Source of the DNA: Bigelowiella natans CCMP2755
Lineage: Eukaryota; Protista; Cercozoa
Assembly (NCBI GenBank): GCA_000320545.1
Contig: ADNK01002279.1
Coordinates: 1-64,000, forward strand
Direction of reading: 5' to 3'
DNA length: 64,000 nucleotides
Shown here one piece after another: positions 27,737 to 40,709 of this stretch. Within the stretch, counting starts at the first letter, position 1. Each line of letters begins with the position of its first letter. The position numbers and the translations under genes were made by a program. The notes below the pieces were generated by a model. The model was not told the origin of the DNA, did not search any database, and saw only the letters and a list, made by a program, of their open reading frames with translations.

Positions 27737-28631
27737 ATGTGTGTGTGTGTGTGTGTGTGTAATTATGAATGCCGTGATATAAACGTCGGTGTGCAATACC
27801 GAAGGATCTTCACGTACGACTGCGGAAAGAAGAGAATGAAGAATCGCGAACTAGAGCACTGGTCCCTAAATACTCTACTTTCATCAATGCCAAAGCACCA
27901 ACGTGCAAACGCCAAACCGTTTCGCTATTCCTATATCTCTCCTCTCATTTCTGCCATCTTGTCGTTTCGCGAAGGCTGCAGCTTGTGCGCGAAAGCGTGG
28001 GGAAGCAGTACATAAACTTCATGGGCGGAGAGCTCAAATGTAGGTGCTTTAGAGGAAGTATAATGATGAATGTTCGTGGTGATTTACGGTCTTCGTCTTC
28101 GTATCAACTAGGGAATCGTTCTTCACGAGAATGCCTCGTGTTTAAGTATCTCCCAATATAATGAATTCCTTGAGTTAGCTCTCTTTTTCTCGTCGCTCTT
28201 TTATTCCCCCTCTCTGTCTGACTTCCCCCTCCCCCTCCCTCCACACTATGCGTATTTGCCTCGGACGCGTCTTGACTCGAAGCACACAAGTCAATGATTC
28301 ACCAGGTTTTCTCCCCCTCCTTTCCCTCCGCTCTGCTTTTGTGAGGCTCTGTTTTGTGGGGGTGGGAACGTCACGCTCCTTGACAGCTACGAGCCATGAC
28401 ATTCCTTGCTTCCAATTGTTTTTTACCTACTTAGGCTGATGAGGTACAGCAATCTTCCTCAAGTATCCGTGTTTCCTCGATGAGGCAGCGGAGGGTTGGG
28501 CGCCACAGGCGCAGCACGAACTCCCTGTCGCTCTCCCCCGTTTCTTCTTCACGCTTGAATTCGACTACGCGCCCCTCGATGGTACGCATGGTTGCATCTG
28601 ATCATTGAAAGGGCTTGTAAGAGAGAGGGAA

Positions 28632-28667
<36 letters not shown>

Positions 28668-28843
28668 GATGATGTGATTCTGGACCAGTACTGCCATGTT
28701 TCTCTGGCCCTGTCTTAATGCTATGCGTTTAGTGAAAAATATGTGTCGAACACATCTAAGGTTGTCATCAATCTGCAAAACGCATGCTCAGATGCAGAAT
28801 CGCAGGTTTGATATCCTGATAGATGTCTATCAATATTATATAA

Positions 28844-28878
<35 letters not shown>

Positions 28879-29027
28879 GTGTGTGTGTGTGTGTGTGTGT
28901 TATTTCTCCTTTGTGCTGTCTGAGTTTTCCCCGAAAAGCAAATAATACGAATTTCACAAACACTACAAATGGTAGATCAAGGCGATTCTATGCTCCTCCT
29001 CCTCTCCCAAATTCAGCTTGGTCAAAA

Positions 29028-29076
<49 letters not shown>

Positions 29077-29777
29077 TGTCATCAAACGCACATAAATTAT
29101 TCGTCATCTCATAAAGCTAAATTGGAGAGTACCAAAATGTTGTAACTCGAGAATGCGTATCCGCTAGATGCCTTTTGTGTGCGTACTGTGCGTCTGTGTT
29201 TGTGTTTCAATGAACATGTTAACGAATGGGTGGGTTTAAGGTCAAATCCACGTCGGCCAAGAACGTTACTACACTGCTATTCACCCAATCGAGCAGCGAT
29301 TTTCGAGTAAGCAAATCACGAACCAATCGCTGTGCTGCAAACCGTGTTAAGTCCCAATTTCATAGAACGGCCATTATTCCAGCATTTCACTACCATTGCT
29401 GCCTTATTCGGAGAGATTCCTCGTAGTTTCTCGATGAGGAGTTTGGGCATTGAATTGGGCCAATAGCACTCCGTTTTATTCTATGCTCTGCTCTCCGAAA
29501 ACAGGTTTCTGATATTCGAACGAGCTCCGTCAATATCAAGGGTAAAAACGCGCGTGTAGATCGCTGCAAGCCGCTCAAGCGTTCCGTTGCGAAAATGATT
29601 TTCCTTTTTGCTTCAATGGACACCCCCGCCCTCCGACTGATATCCTCTCCAGGGAGCGAAGCCTCATTTGAATTCGCATCTAAAATTGTAGGGAAAGTAG
29701 ACACCTTAGCACTGAGTGCACGGGTGAATGACACATATGTTTGCGTGGCAAATGTGCTATTCGGCGCTAAGGTATTC

Positions 29778-29837
<60 letters not shown>

Positions 29838-29851
29838 GTCTCTCTCTCTCT

Positions 29852-29882
<31 letters not shown>

Positions 29883-30443
29883 CCTCTCTCTTTCTCGCTA
29901 CATCGATGTACGCATATGCATCCTCCCGCAAATGCGTTGGATCATTAGTTTCCATTTTTCCCCGAAAGGCGTCGATGAAAGAGGCGTACAGCCTGCTCGT
30001 CGATAACATCAAATTTAGCCAATCGAGCGACAAGGCTGGGTTGTATAACTTCAACCCAACAGGTATTTGCCACCCCTGCGAGTGCTAGGAAGACATGACG
30101 AGGGCTGCATATCTCTGTTCTCTTTCGATTCTTTTCTCTATTTTTCTCGCCGTCTTTCTCATTCCCTGCTTTGCTCTGCGTCGTTGACTCCCTTCCCCCC
30201 CCTTGCCTATGCAAAAAAGAACCGTTCTTTGCCTTCAGTTCCTCAGTTTATGTTTGTCTGCATTATTGTACCTCAATCCACCTCTCTCCCCCTCCCTCGT
30301 GTTTGACGTATAATCCCAGAAACACTCTTCAAACGGCCCACACTGATTCGAGAGCACCCAATCGTGTTCGTTGCCGGCGATTTGAACAGCAAGGTAGAAA
30401 CAATTTGCACTATTTTTTCCAAGATATAATAATAAGAATATGG

Positions 30444-30497
<54 letters not shown>

Positions 30498-31025
30498 CGC
30501 GCGCGTGTACAGCATATGATGCATGGATGGGTATGAATATCAATGAGAGTCGATAGTGGCGCTAGTAGGTCTTTGTATCAATTCTCACTTGCTTGTGCCT
30601 TAATAACTTTGCTAGATCATGGAGGAAAAGGTGTTTGTCTCTGCTGATGAGTCGGCCGGAATGACGGTTGATTAACCATATATAGATGCGTCGGAAAAGA
30701 TGCGGAGATTTTCTCCCAATGAATTGAACTTGTGCCGCGCTGAATTGGACTTGTGCCGCGCACACGATCGCGTTGGTTTTGAGTCGGACAAGCGCCCGTT
30801 TATCTCTGATGTTGGTTGTGTTCTTTCCCCCTGCCAATTTCTTTCATACTTTGCCTCTCCGCCCCCCACCCCTCCCCGTTCCCCAAGGAGAAAAAGGCTA
30901 GAGTATCGAAGATCTGGAAAGTGGCCATAGGTATTAGCATCAGTAGATGTAGGATAACGACGCAAAGGGGGAAAGCTGTTTTTCGAGAGTATGAATAGGC
31001 TAACCACGCCAAAAAAATCATTCTT

Positions 31026-31063
<38 letters not shown>

Positions 31064-32400
31064 ATGTCCAAAGACAATTTTTTGGTTACATTCCTTGCGA
31101 GCGCAGCATATGCGTGGATTGCTCTGTTTCGTGAGGCGATGTGTTTCTATGTATGCGTTTTGTGTTGTCATCAGGCGGAGGGACTTTCCAAGATGACTTG
31201 CAGCAGTTTGACGAGCTACACATTTATCAGGAAAATAGCTCCGCATTTCTTGAGTAATATTTCACCAGAAAACACCGATAAATATTGGCCAAATCAGCAT
31301 AGAGGGGGGGAGACAGAGTAAAGTTAAATGATAATGTATTTGTATGTGAGTGGATGATGCGCTAGTGGTTCTATTTGCTACGAGAGTGCGTACAGTGTAG
31401 CAAATGCAGCATAACCTACAAATGCCAAAAACAAACAAAATTTTGCCACGTCAGAACTCACTAATATTTGTATGGCCATTTATTTCTCTTCGCGATAATT
31501 GATGGTCGCATCTTGGTTTCATTGCCTGATAACCATCTAAAATTTGTGTTTCCCAGTTTCGTCGAGCCGAAGATATCCTTTGGGCCGACAGCGCATTTCA
31601 AGGCGAAGTCAAACGTTCTCAATCCGAAGCTGTGAGTTAGCCCCCCCTCCCCCCCCCATCCTTTTCTTTTGGAAAGATAGACGAGTTGTCTGAGAAGCTG
31701 GCTGTTTTAGCTCGGTTTTCTCGTTGTGCTCATTCGGTTCAGATTGTTTTTCGCATTGATGAGACTACAATATTTGGGCAGAGAGGATTTTGGTTTTCCT
31801 CTTCACTGCGAACATTTTACGCGCGATGAAAATGTTTGTTGAAGTCGATATGTGTGCGCGTGCCTGTGTACGTCATTTATATATATTATCTGCCAATTAC
31901 CGCCAACGTTCAGCTGTTGTGATAGAATTATATTTGAGCTTTGTGTTGCTTGTGATTTCCCATTGTCGGTATGTGAAAAACGCTTGTTTGATCATATAAG
32001 AAATGGCCACTGTTTTCGTTGGTAGGGTTCCATGCTGGCGGCACCGAATCGTCCATTCTTCTATGGATAGAAGGGCGGTTTCCAATCTGAAGTATGAATA
32101 CGTGTCGTTATGTTTGGTTATGTGTGTGAGAAAGAGAAAGAGAGAGAGAATGATGGCCGTTTTGTTTGTGAGTGTTTGTTTATATGTGCCTTTGTGCGCG
32201 TGCGCGTGTTGATCGGTTTGCTTATCTAAATCGTTAAAGTTAGTGGGAGAAGCATTATTCGTAGTTCCAAGTGGCTGTTTCACCGTTTCAAATGGCTGCA
32301 TATTTTGACCGAACAGTTACGCTATCGGAAGGCTCACAACTTCGACCAGCAGGCCGATCTCCTCCTGCTACTTGATAAATACCACTACCCCCAACGTCAG
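26900..32400 (-). CDS. Multi-exon gene of unknown product, possibly containing a C2-like domain
   Basis: Pyrimidine-tract/cag-bounded exons such as KPGLFVIDLQAVHLNKNHTIGSF, SYVKILR and DATMRTIEGRVVEFKREEETGESDREFVLRLWRP. The C2 resemblance is weak and boundaries are approximate. Confidence 0.4.
30720..30761. repeat. 21-bp tandem duplication
   Basis: tgaattgaacttgtgccgcgc / tgaattggacttgtgccgcgc, differing by one A/G. Confidence 0.9.
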
Positions 32401-32899
32401 AGGCAGCCAACGAAGAAGTAAAATGGCGGAATGTATGGGGAAATGAGTATGGGAGGGAAAGTGAGGGGGGGTTTGGTCCGAAAGAGCGCTGAAACTCTTA
32501 CTATTGATGAAGCAGTGATGTGTGAGCAGATGATACTACTTTTTGCTATTTCGTAGTAGTAATAGCGTGGGAGGCGTTAGAACTCCCTTTTATCTGGATT
32601 AGTAGGCGCATATGGGAGGCTGTTTGGGAGAGTCGCACATGCGTTGTTTGCTGGATTCGCTGCGCCGCCAATCTGTCTGTTCTTGGTGTGAGTTTACGGT
32701 TTGATGCTTTGCTGCTGTTAGGGTCAAATGCCAGCCGCCGATCGTCTGTGGAATCTACTCTTACAAATTGAGAAAATAGGAGCAAAACTTCGCAAGCTTG
32801 TGATTACTAAATTAAACATGCTGTGCAATGAAAAAGCAATATTGTACAGTGCACTAAAAGTCATGCAGTCATTTGCACAACACGTAAGTAATTATGTCC

Positions 32900-33720
32900 A
32901 TGCATGTGGCATGTGTCCTACCTAGTGTTAGTCATCTACGCGCACATGCCAGACGATGATAGTGCTGCTATGCTATGTAGAGTACACATACCTAGACACG
33001 CGCACGCAAGCTTTGCTAGTGTGACTGGCCAAAGTTCTAAAGGTCTATAGGTGAGCCTTTCGATGCGCGGCGCTGTCAGAATGTCGACAACGTCATTGCA
33101 ACGCATCGCTGTTCTGCGGTCTCATATATTGTCGCACTAGCTAGCTAAGTAGCACGAATGTGATAAATGACATATATAGCAGATATGTGCTAGCATGTGC
33201 TAGCTAGCTAGTGTGCATGCACGCATGTCAACATCGCACGTTGTTTGTTGTGTTGCTTGCATCTAGCATATGTGAATGACTGCATGGAGCCTTGTACCCT
33301 TCTAGCCTTGCTATCCTAGCTAGCTAGCTAGCTAGTCGCCGTAGGTAGCTGATATTTTGATGTTATCAAAATAAAACTATTTACTTGCTAGCGGACGACA
33401 TGATTATACATTTCTAGATTTACATGCTACTAGGCTAGCGCATACTGCGCACTAGCACAAATGCTTATTAGACATGCACTAATATAAGGCATGGTCCCAT
33501 GTGCACGAGTTTGGTACACGCCAACACACTACTACTGATAGCTAGCTGGCTAGATAGCGCAAGCAATGCAACGCGCGCTCTCATCGCACAGCATCGCTAG
33601 CATAGAATAAGAAAACGTGGTCGCGTCGTCACCCTGGAGAGCTAGATCGAAAGATCGCTAACAGAATTCACTTGCCTATCACGATCCCCGCTGCGCGACA
33701 GAGAGCAACACGTTACGCAA
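32900..33720. repeat. Partially converted, CTAG-rich intergenic tract D
   Basis: Roughly 20 CTAG in about 800 bp, including cctagctagctagctagctag at about 33315-33336. TTAG and CTAA occur but I saw no TTAA. Many other TA steps remain. Confidence 0.7.
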
Positions 33721-33802
33721 ACCAAAGAAGAATTGTTAGATAGATGTACACGATGGAACAGCCCATACATGGCCATGGCTAGGACGCTCGCTCAGCCTTT
33801 AT

Positions 33803-35400
33803 TCACTTCGCATCTACTTCAGCCGCAGCTTCCTCTGCGGTGACGGGCTTGCGGTGGTTCTCATTGCTCATGTCGGAGCGACCTCGATTCGGAAACTTCT
33901 CTAATATACCTGGCGAATTCATGTGATGTTGGGTGGTTAGAACCGACGTGTCAGGATCGTAAAAACTTCATCTAAAATGACTCTCTCTACCAAGTCGGGG
34001 GAGAGTAAAAAAAAAACCGGGGGGGAAACTAAAACCAATGAAGACTTACGCAGTGCGCGATCGTAGATGAGATGGTTCTGGTGCGACTGCAGCCTTTCGA
34101 TTACTTGCAAGACGCCGGAATTTGTGACTGGCTTCATATACCTGGGAGCACGGTGGAGACCGATGGAAAAAAACAAGGAAACAACAGAAAGATAAGGAAA
34201 ACTAAACAAATCCAAAAGAAAACAGTAAATAAATACACCGCGACGGATGAAAACAGCACGGCCAAAGCGGCGGAGCTCTGATCGAAACTTGCAGCGGTAA
34301 AGCGCGTAGGTGCACCGCTCATCGGCACGAGAAACCATTCACGTGGATCCAAGGGCGTTAAGAGAATCAATAAAAATACAGCACTAACGAATCACACCAC
34401 CAAACCCCAAAAACAGGAAGGCTGGAAGCGGCCAGGACAAGGGATTTGGCAACACCGCGGCGCATCGTACCTGTTAGGCGTCTCGTCACTTCCGTCCTGC
34501 AGCACGTTGTATATCGTCCGCAGCGAGTTCATGAGGATGTCCAGTCTGGGGTCTGTGATGTGTGGGTTTAGCAGCTGCGCGACCTTCGATATCAACCCTG
34601 ATAGTAGTGGTATTAGCAGTAGTAGTAGTAGAAAAACAGCGCACACAGAAACGACAACAGGCGTCAGCAGATCTCCCATTACCAATGATAAAATGGCGCA
34701 GAGAGAGAGGGAGAGAGAGAGAGAGAGAGGGGGGGGGAGGAGGGGATCGTAGTATGCATAGTTTCGAGGAAGTGCTTCTTGGTGCGAGTGGGCTTGCCCC
34801 TCACCTCTTTTGACGAGATTTCTCATAGCTTCCTTTTGACTCACAGCGGCAATGGCCTTCACGGTCTTGGCTTTGACCTCAATATCGTCTGAGCGAAGGC
34901 CTTCTATCATGCCCTTAACATCCACCTCTTCAGTGTCATCGTCATCTTGATCGCCCTGCGGTGATGATGGCGATTAGTTGCGATAGTAATAAGACAAAGG
35001 AGGTTTCTCAAAAAGAATAAAACTGCGTTTGGTTCTCATAACCATTAGCAATATTATCATTATCATGGTAATCGGCATTGTTTTAGGCAAAAGTACCTCG
35101 ATCGAGCGGGTCGGAGAATCTATCGTTTTGGGCGTTTGGTCGGTATCTGTGTCGCCCGGTTCTTTTTTGCCATCCTCGCCTTCTTGCGCCTCCCCACCTC
35201 CGTCCTCGTCCACCACGTACACTGCATCTTCTAGGTTTACGAGGCCTGGATTTCAAACGCGACAGCAGCATTGGATTTTAAAAAAACTTGAATGAGAAAG
35301 CTAAACAAGCGACGCAATAGCAACCACCCTCGATCACCCCCACTTAAAATTGCGCGAAGGGAGGAAAATGAGGATGGGGAAGAGGGAGTCATCATCATCG

Positions 35401-35433
<33 letters not shown>

Positions 35434-36999
35434 CGCACCTGAGTCTGGATTGATCATTCCTTTGTTCGACCCGAATTCCGAAATGCCCAAGTCGTCCACT
35501 ATACAACCCGATTTGACCTCTTGCGCGTCCGCTATCTTCGGAGTGCTGTAGTAGTAGGAGTTGGTGACTTTGGGGGCCTCTGGCCTCGGGGTCCTGAGGT
35601 AGTACGGCGTCTGGAAGGGGAGCCGCTGATCGGGGGGGGGGCGTCTGTTTTGAGGCGTCGTCGTCCTGATGCTGCTGCTCGACTCGCTGTGGTCAGGAAT
35701 CATCGGAGGGGGAGGCATCAATGACCCTCCTTGGTATCGATCATACAAAACATCGACGATCTTCCCCGCCGCGCGCCACACTCGCCCCACGGTCTTCCCG
35801 ATGACTACCTCAATCAACGGCACCTTCTGGTCGTAGTGGCTCACGAAGTTCTTCACCTTGAGGGAGGCGTCCGACTCCTTGCGGATGCCCTCGATCGTCC
35901 TCCCCTGGGGCCCGATCACCGCTCCTTTGATGTGCTTTTCCACCAGGATTATAGCAGAAGCTGCGAGCTGGTCAGAGTCAGCCTCGGACGACTCTCCTCC
36001 TCCTCCTCCTCCTCCTCCTCCGGTTTTGATATCACTACTTCTCTCACCGTCATTTCCATCGTTCATACCACCTTCGAATATCTCCCCTGCCTCTCGGGGG
36101 TCGTCTGCGCCCCCCCCCGCCCCTGGACTGGGGATTGGACTGGGTATAGGGCTGGGTATAGGGCTAGGAATGGGGCTAACGCTGCTGCTGCTGGGTACAG
36201 TAGATGGGCGAGAAGAGGAGAAGTCTAATGCGACAGCAGGATTGTTGCTAGGCTCCGTGCTGCTGCTGCTTTGCACGTGCGCAAGACTACCTTCTTCTCC
36301 ATTCTCGACTTTCAGGTCGTCGATTTGCTGGCCGATGTTGGTGACGAGGAGTCGGATCGCCTCGTTTATCTGCTTGGTCTCGCCGTAGATCCGAAGAATG
36401 CGCGGTCGGCCCATCTTCCCGCCCTCATCTGTAAAAGTCAATCTACATCCTGTCCTCTGAGCGTAGTCGGCAATGGTGGCCCCCTTTCTACCTACTATAC
36501 CAGCTCTATACTGTGCAAGGACGAGCAGCCTCACAAAGAACTCTCCGTCTTCTTGCCTAGGCCGCTGTCTCTGAGGCGTGGGTCGTCTTCTTGGCCTGGG
36601 ACCTCTCGCCTGGGGTGTTGATGGCCCCCCCCTCCGCCGCATATCCTGCGACATCGGTGGAACAAACTGCGTGTGCATAGAAAAATTGTTAGGGCCAAAG
36701 TTTGGCGAATGAGGATGGTTATTCTGAGAAGGGGAGTAGTTGCGCCGTCGGATCTTCCGTCCTCCTCTAGCAGAATAAGAGTGTGGGTCATCCCTGATAT
36801 GATGTTCGTCTCTTGAGTTTGACCGTTGTCTTCGGTTAAGATCTCTAGGGTTTGACCTTTCCCTCCTCTCCCGTTTGCGGCGTATGGAGGGACTATCCAT
36901 ACTTGGAGACAGGCCAGGGGTATACCACCGGTTGCTGTAATTCTTCTTCGGGCCATTTCTCCCATTATGATTCGGGAGCTTTGACGGCCTTTTGCTCAT
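33803..36999 (-). CDS. RNA-binding protein with two KH domains fused to an importin-alpha-like C-terminal ARM module (6 exons)
   Basis: Exons 36999-35439, 35245-35097, 34955-34805, 34597-34471, 34141-34050 and 33909-33803 all join in phase at GT-AG sites. KH motifs: AGIVGRKGATI and GAVIGPQGRTI. The C-terminus SGVLQVIERLQSHQNHLIYDRALRILEKF matches importin-alpha 'IE.LQ.H.N..IY..A..I.E.YF'. Confidence 0.85.
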
Positions 37000-37299
37000 T
37001 TCCACGAACGTCGACGGCGAAAGCACCCGCTAAACCTCCTCGCTCCTTCCTCGGCCACGCTCTTTCTCCGGAACTGATGGCGCCCCTTGAGAACTATGAC
37101 AAAAAAAAAACCTTTGCAAGTGTATCGAAACCTTTGCAAGTGTATTGGAACCTCGGGGCGCGGATCAGGATAGCTTTGGGGCCAAAAGTAACAGGGTTCG
37201 GGTGATGGGTGCCCGGTCTCTCAAGTGGCGGTGGGGGAAGGGCAGGTCTTAAATATGTTAGTGATAACTATTTAATCCATAGGAGAATTCAGAAGAAAA

Positions 37300-38200
37300 T
37301 ACGCTCTAATATCAGATAGAGACATGTATTTTATCACTAATTATCACTAACGTGCCTGGTCATATTGCCAGGAAAGGATAGGAATCATGCTTAGATCTAG
37401 TGTAAAGCTTCCCTCAAACCTTTTCTACTTTGATTTTTTCGGTGGGACTGATGTTAAAAAAAATCGAATAGAAATAGGTCGATTTTGTACCCGTTTAGAA
37501 CCTAGCCGTGAGGTAATACAGAATGAATCAAGGAGGAGAAGACTACTTTGTCCTGAGATATATCTCCAAGAACAAGTTCGCTCGATGAGAAATTACCTAA
37601 GGAAAATAGCCACAAATCAAACCACGAAAACATCATTGAGGATTTTACAGGTTATCGTCGGAAAGCTTGTCGTCAGATATTTTGTAAGAATGTAGACCTT
37701 CCAGTCAGATTCGATTTGCTTCTTAATAAAGCATTTGCGACTTGAAACATGTCCTTATTTTCCTTTTTTAGTACGTTCGTAACCTGCATTTCCACAGATT
37801 TCATCGAAATAGTAATCAGGTAAATAAATCTTAAATATGTCCCAGTGGTTCGCGTAAGACGTGCGTGAATAATAATTCGGAATAAATTAAAATTCGGCTA
37901 TTCTTCGAAGGCGATGGGAGATCATCAACTTGGACCCTGATATCCGATCAATATTACTATACGACAATAAAGAAACAAAATATTTACATAAAAAGAAAGG
38001 CAATCCTTATTTCCGAGTCTATTCAGTAAGTCTGAATTAATCCTTGAATGGCTTCCTGACCGGCAAGTGTTGCAGAGAAGCATTCGTGTGACAATAGCGA
38101 GGCCTAGAAAATACCAGAATAATCTATTAGGACCACCGCCAGTTGATTTTTATCACTGCTCGAATTTAGTTTTTTTGATAAAAGGCCTTCTGTTTTATAT
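37300..38200 (-). pseudogene. AT-rich, intron-free degenerate reading frame, possibly organelle-derived (NUMT-like)
   Basis: One minus-strand frame reads as protein-like text for about 250 codons (..SYANHWDIFKIYLPDYYFDEICGNAGYERTKKGK..) with scattered TAA/TAG, and several TGA that could be Trp. No family recognised. Confidence 0.25.
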
Positions 38201-38441
38201 TTTAAATATGCATGTAGTAGTAGTTCATGCCGCTAGTGCGTGAAGGCGATAGAACTTTCCGAGAATACAAAATAAAAGAAAAGTTTAAGTCACTCGCACT
38301 TTCGGGGTTTAACATAACTTCTAATTCCTTTTGAATGACAGAATTTCCAATAACAAAACGGATAGACTGAGGAAAGAAAAGGTCTGAACGTAACCTGAAA
38401 ACTATCAGCATTTGCTAACCCTCTTTCTACCCGCAGCCATC

Positions 38442-38677
38442 ATGACCGAGCGATTCAATATCCATAGCCAGCTTGAGCATCTTCAAATGAAGTATGTAGG
38501 TAAGATCCAGCTCTCTTTGTACGCTTGATATCGTCAAAAAAATGCGAGGAAGAAATAGTATCTCATAGCATGCGCATGTTCTTTCTTTCAGGGACAGGGC
38601 ATCCGGATATCACACGTTACGAATGGTACACATATAGAGCAACCTCCATCTATACCACTGCTGCTATCACACACACA

Positions 38678-38719
<42 letters not shown>

Positions 38720-39306
38720 CACACATACATACATAGACACATACCATCACACACATCACACACACACACACACACACATACAAACGTACCGGAAATCGCA
38801 CCTTACAAAACATTACAATACTTCAGGGTTGTCAACCATCATCGTGACTCTGCTGCCTCGTACATCGGCCACCACCATATGCTGCTAATGTTCGGTACGC
38901 AAAGTAGGGATTAGATAAGATGAATCAGTAGTTTCATGAATTTGGTGAAAATGGATAGTATCATATATCGGCATTGCATGTATAATGAATCAACTATATA
39001 TTGAACAATTTGCACTATATGCACGGCGAATCGAAGTTGATAATCAATCATCCCAATATTCTTTACAATGCTACAGGTACGGCTGAAAACGAATCCATGG
39101 GACGCGTGAAACACCGCTTATTAGCTCAGATGGTAGTTAAGCAACACTGTGGTGAAATAAACAAAGCTATACATATATCTGGAGCAATGACAATAGAAGA
39201 ATCTGGTCGTTATTTGTTTACAAGCTCTTTTTGGTCTCAGGTTGCTCCTTGCGGAAAAGAACCGAAGGGAGCTGAGGAGGAAGATGATGAAGACGAATTA
39301 GAATGA
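38442..39306 (+). CDS. SF3B5: Splicing factor 3B subunit 5 (SF3b10), 5 exons
   Basis: Spliced product MTERFNIHSQLEHLQMKYVGTGHPDITRYEWVVNHHRDSAASYIGHHHMLLMFGTAENESMGRVKHRLLAQMVAPCGKEPKGAEEEDDEDELE*, which follows the SF3B5 consensus (SQLEHLQ.KY.GTGH.D...EW..N.HRDS..SY.GH; AENES..RV). Confidence 0.97.
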
Positions 39307-40709
39307 GAAAGACAAACGGACGAAGTTCGGAGCCTTGACCGTTATCGACAAAGGTGCAATATGTTCTACTTGCCAAAAAGAATTGTTACCTAAGATAAAA
39401 TGGTGTAATAGTAACCTCTTCTTTTGAACCGATGTGCAATCTCATTACATTTCGAGTTGTTAAAGTGTCAATGAGCGAGGCGCATAGCATAGCACGCCAT
39501 GTCCAGCATCTGATAGCCTGTAACTAAATGGTCCATGTTGCAGCAATGCAGCCAGACATTTTGTGAAAATGCGTCAGATTTTTAATCAGAGCAACTTGTT
39601 CACACCAACAACTCCCTCAAATTCTGCTAACGAACTAGCTACAAGCCCGTCGCCTAAATTACATGCGTCATGTCCATCATCATTGGACTGCACCAGCACG
39701 TGCATGCGCACAGCGCGCAATGCACATGCTAGCATGTTCATGATGGACGACGCTCATTGTTTGCATGCGCATGCGTGCGATGCGGCAATTCTGTGCACTT
39801 TCATGATGAATGACTGACGTGACAGTCTAGCAGGCCATGAGAATGATGGACATGTGACAGCAGTCTGTGCATTCTAGCATTGCACGACAGTGTGCCATTG
39901 CTGTGTCTGTGATCAGTGCACAGCAAAAAAAAAATTGAATTCAGGCGACACTGATGTGATGGACATGTGATGTCACATGCACATTGCACACATCCAGACA
40001 TGCCATTGCTGTGTCCACAATGAGAGGCATGATGCGGATGCACTCAGCAGAACAAGCATGTTGTCCAAAGACAAAGACGCCATGATTGAAAAAATGATGC
40101 CAATTTGGACAATGCTGATGTGCTCAGCAGGACAAGTCTAGAAGTGCATCATCTGAAGACAAGGGCCCGTTTGCGCCTTCATCAGGCTTCGCTGGTGCAG
40201 CGCCAAATGGATTTGCCGAATGTGAATCGAGGTTGCACCCTCCACTACCCCCCACTTTCATTGCATCCACATCCATCCTGCTGATTTTTGCAAATTCAGA
40301 GCCAGCCTCTAACTGTTGCATCCGAAGGTGTCACTTCAACAGAAAATGGGGGAGGTGGTGTTGGATGCTGTGATTGAAAATGCAAATGACACTGATGGAT
40401 TGAAACATTGCACAAAAGCACAAAGTGCATCCATTTCCATGCATTTTTTCCCAAAATCAAGGCAACGGCTAGAACGGGTGCAAGTGTGGCAGTCGTCATC
40501 ATCTTGATTCCATTGCACTTTGAACATGAATCGAGAACTCTGTTCCCAACTTGAAAAAATCATGTCAACTCTGGAACAACTTCAAAAAAGTGTTCAATTG
40601 TTCCACGCCCAAGCCTTTTCAACATTGGCCGGACCACCATGAGGATTGGACAATTTGGGTGCTCCATCACACTGACAGACTTTGCCATGAAATGACAATG
40701 AGAGGCGCA

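Noticed and set aside
40163-40173. GGGCCCGTTTG resembling a plant PIF terminal inverted repeat
   Set aside because: No inverted partner or TAA/TTA target duplication was found, and it lies inside the converted tract.
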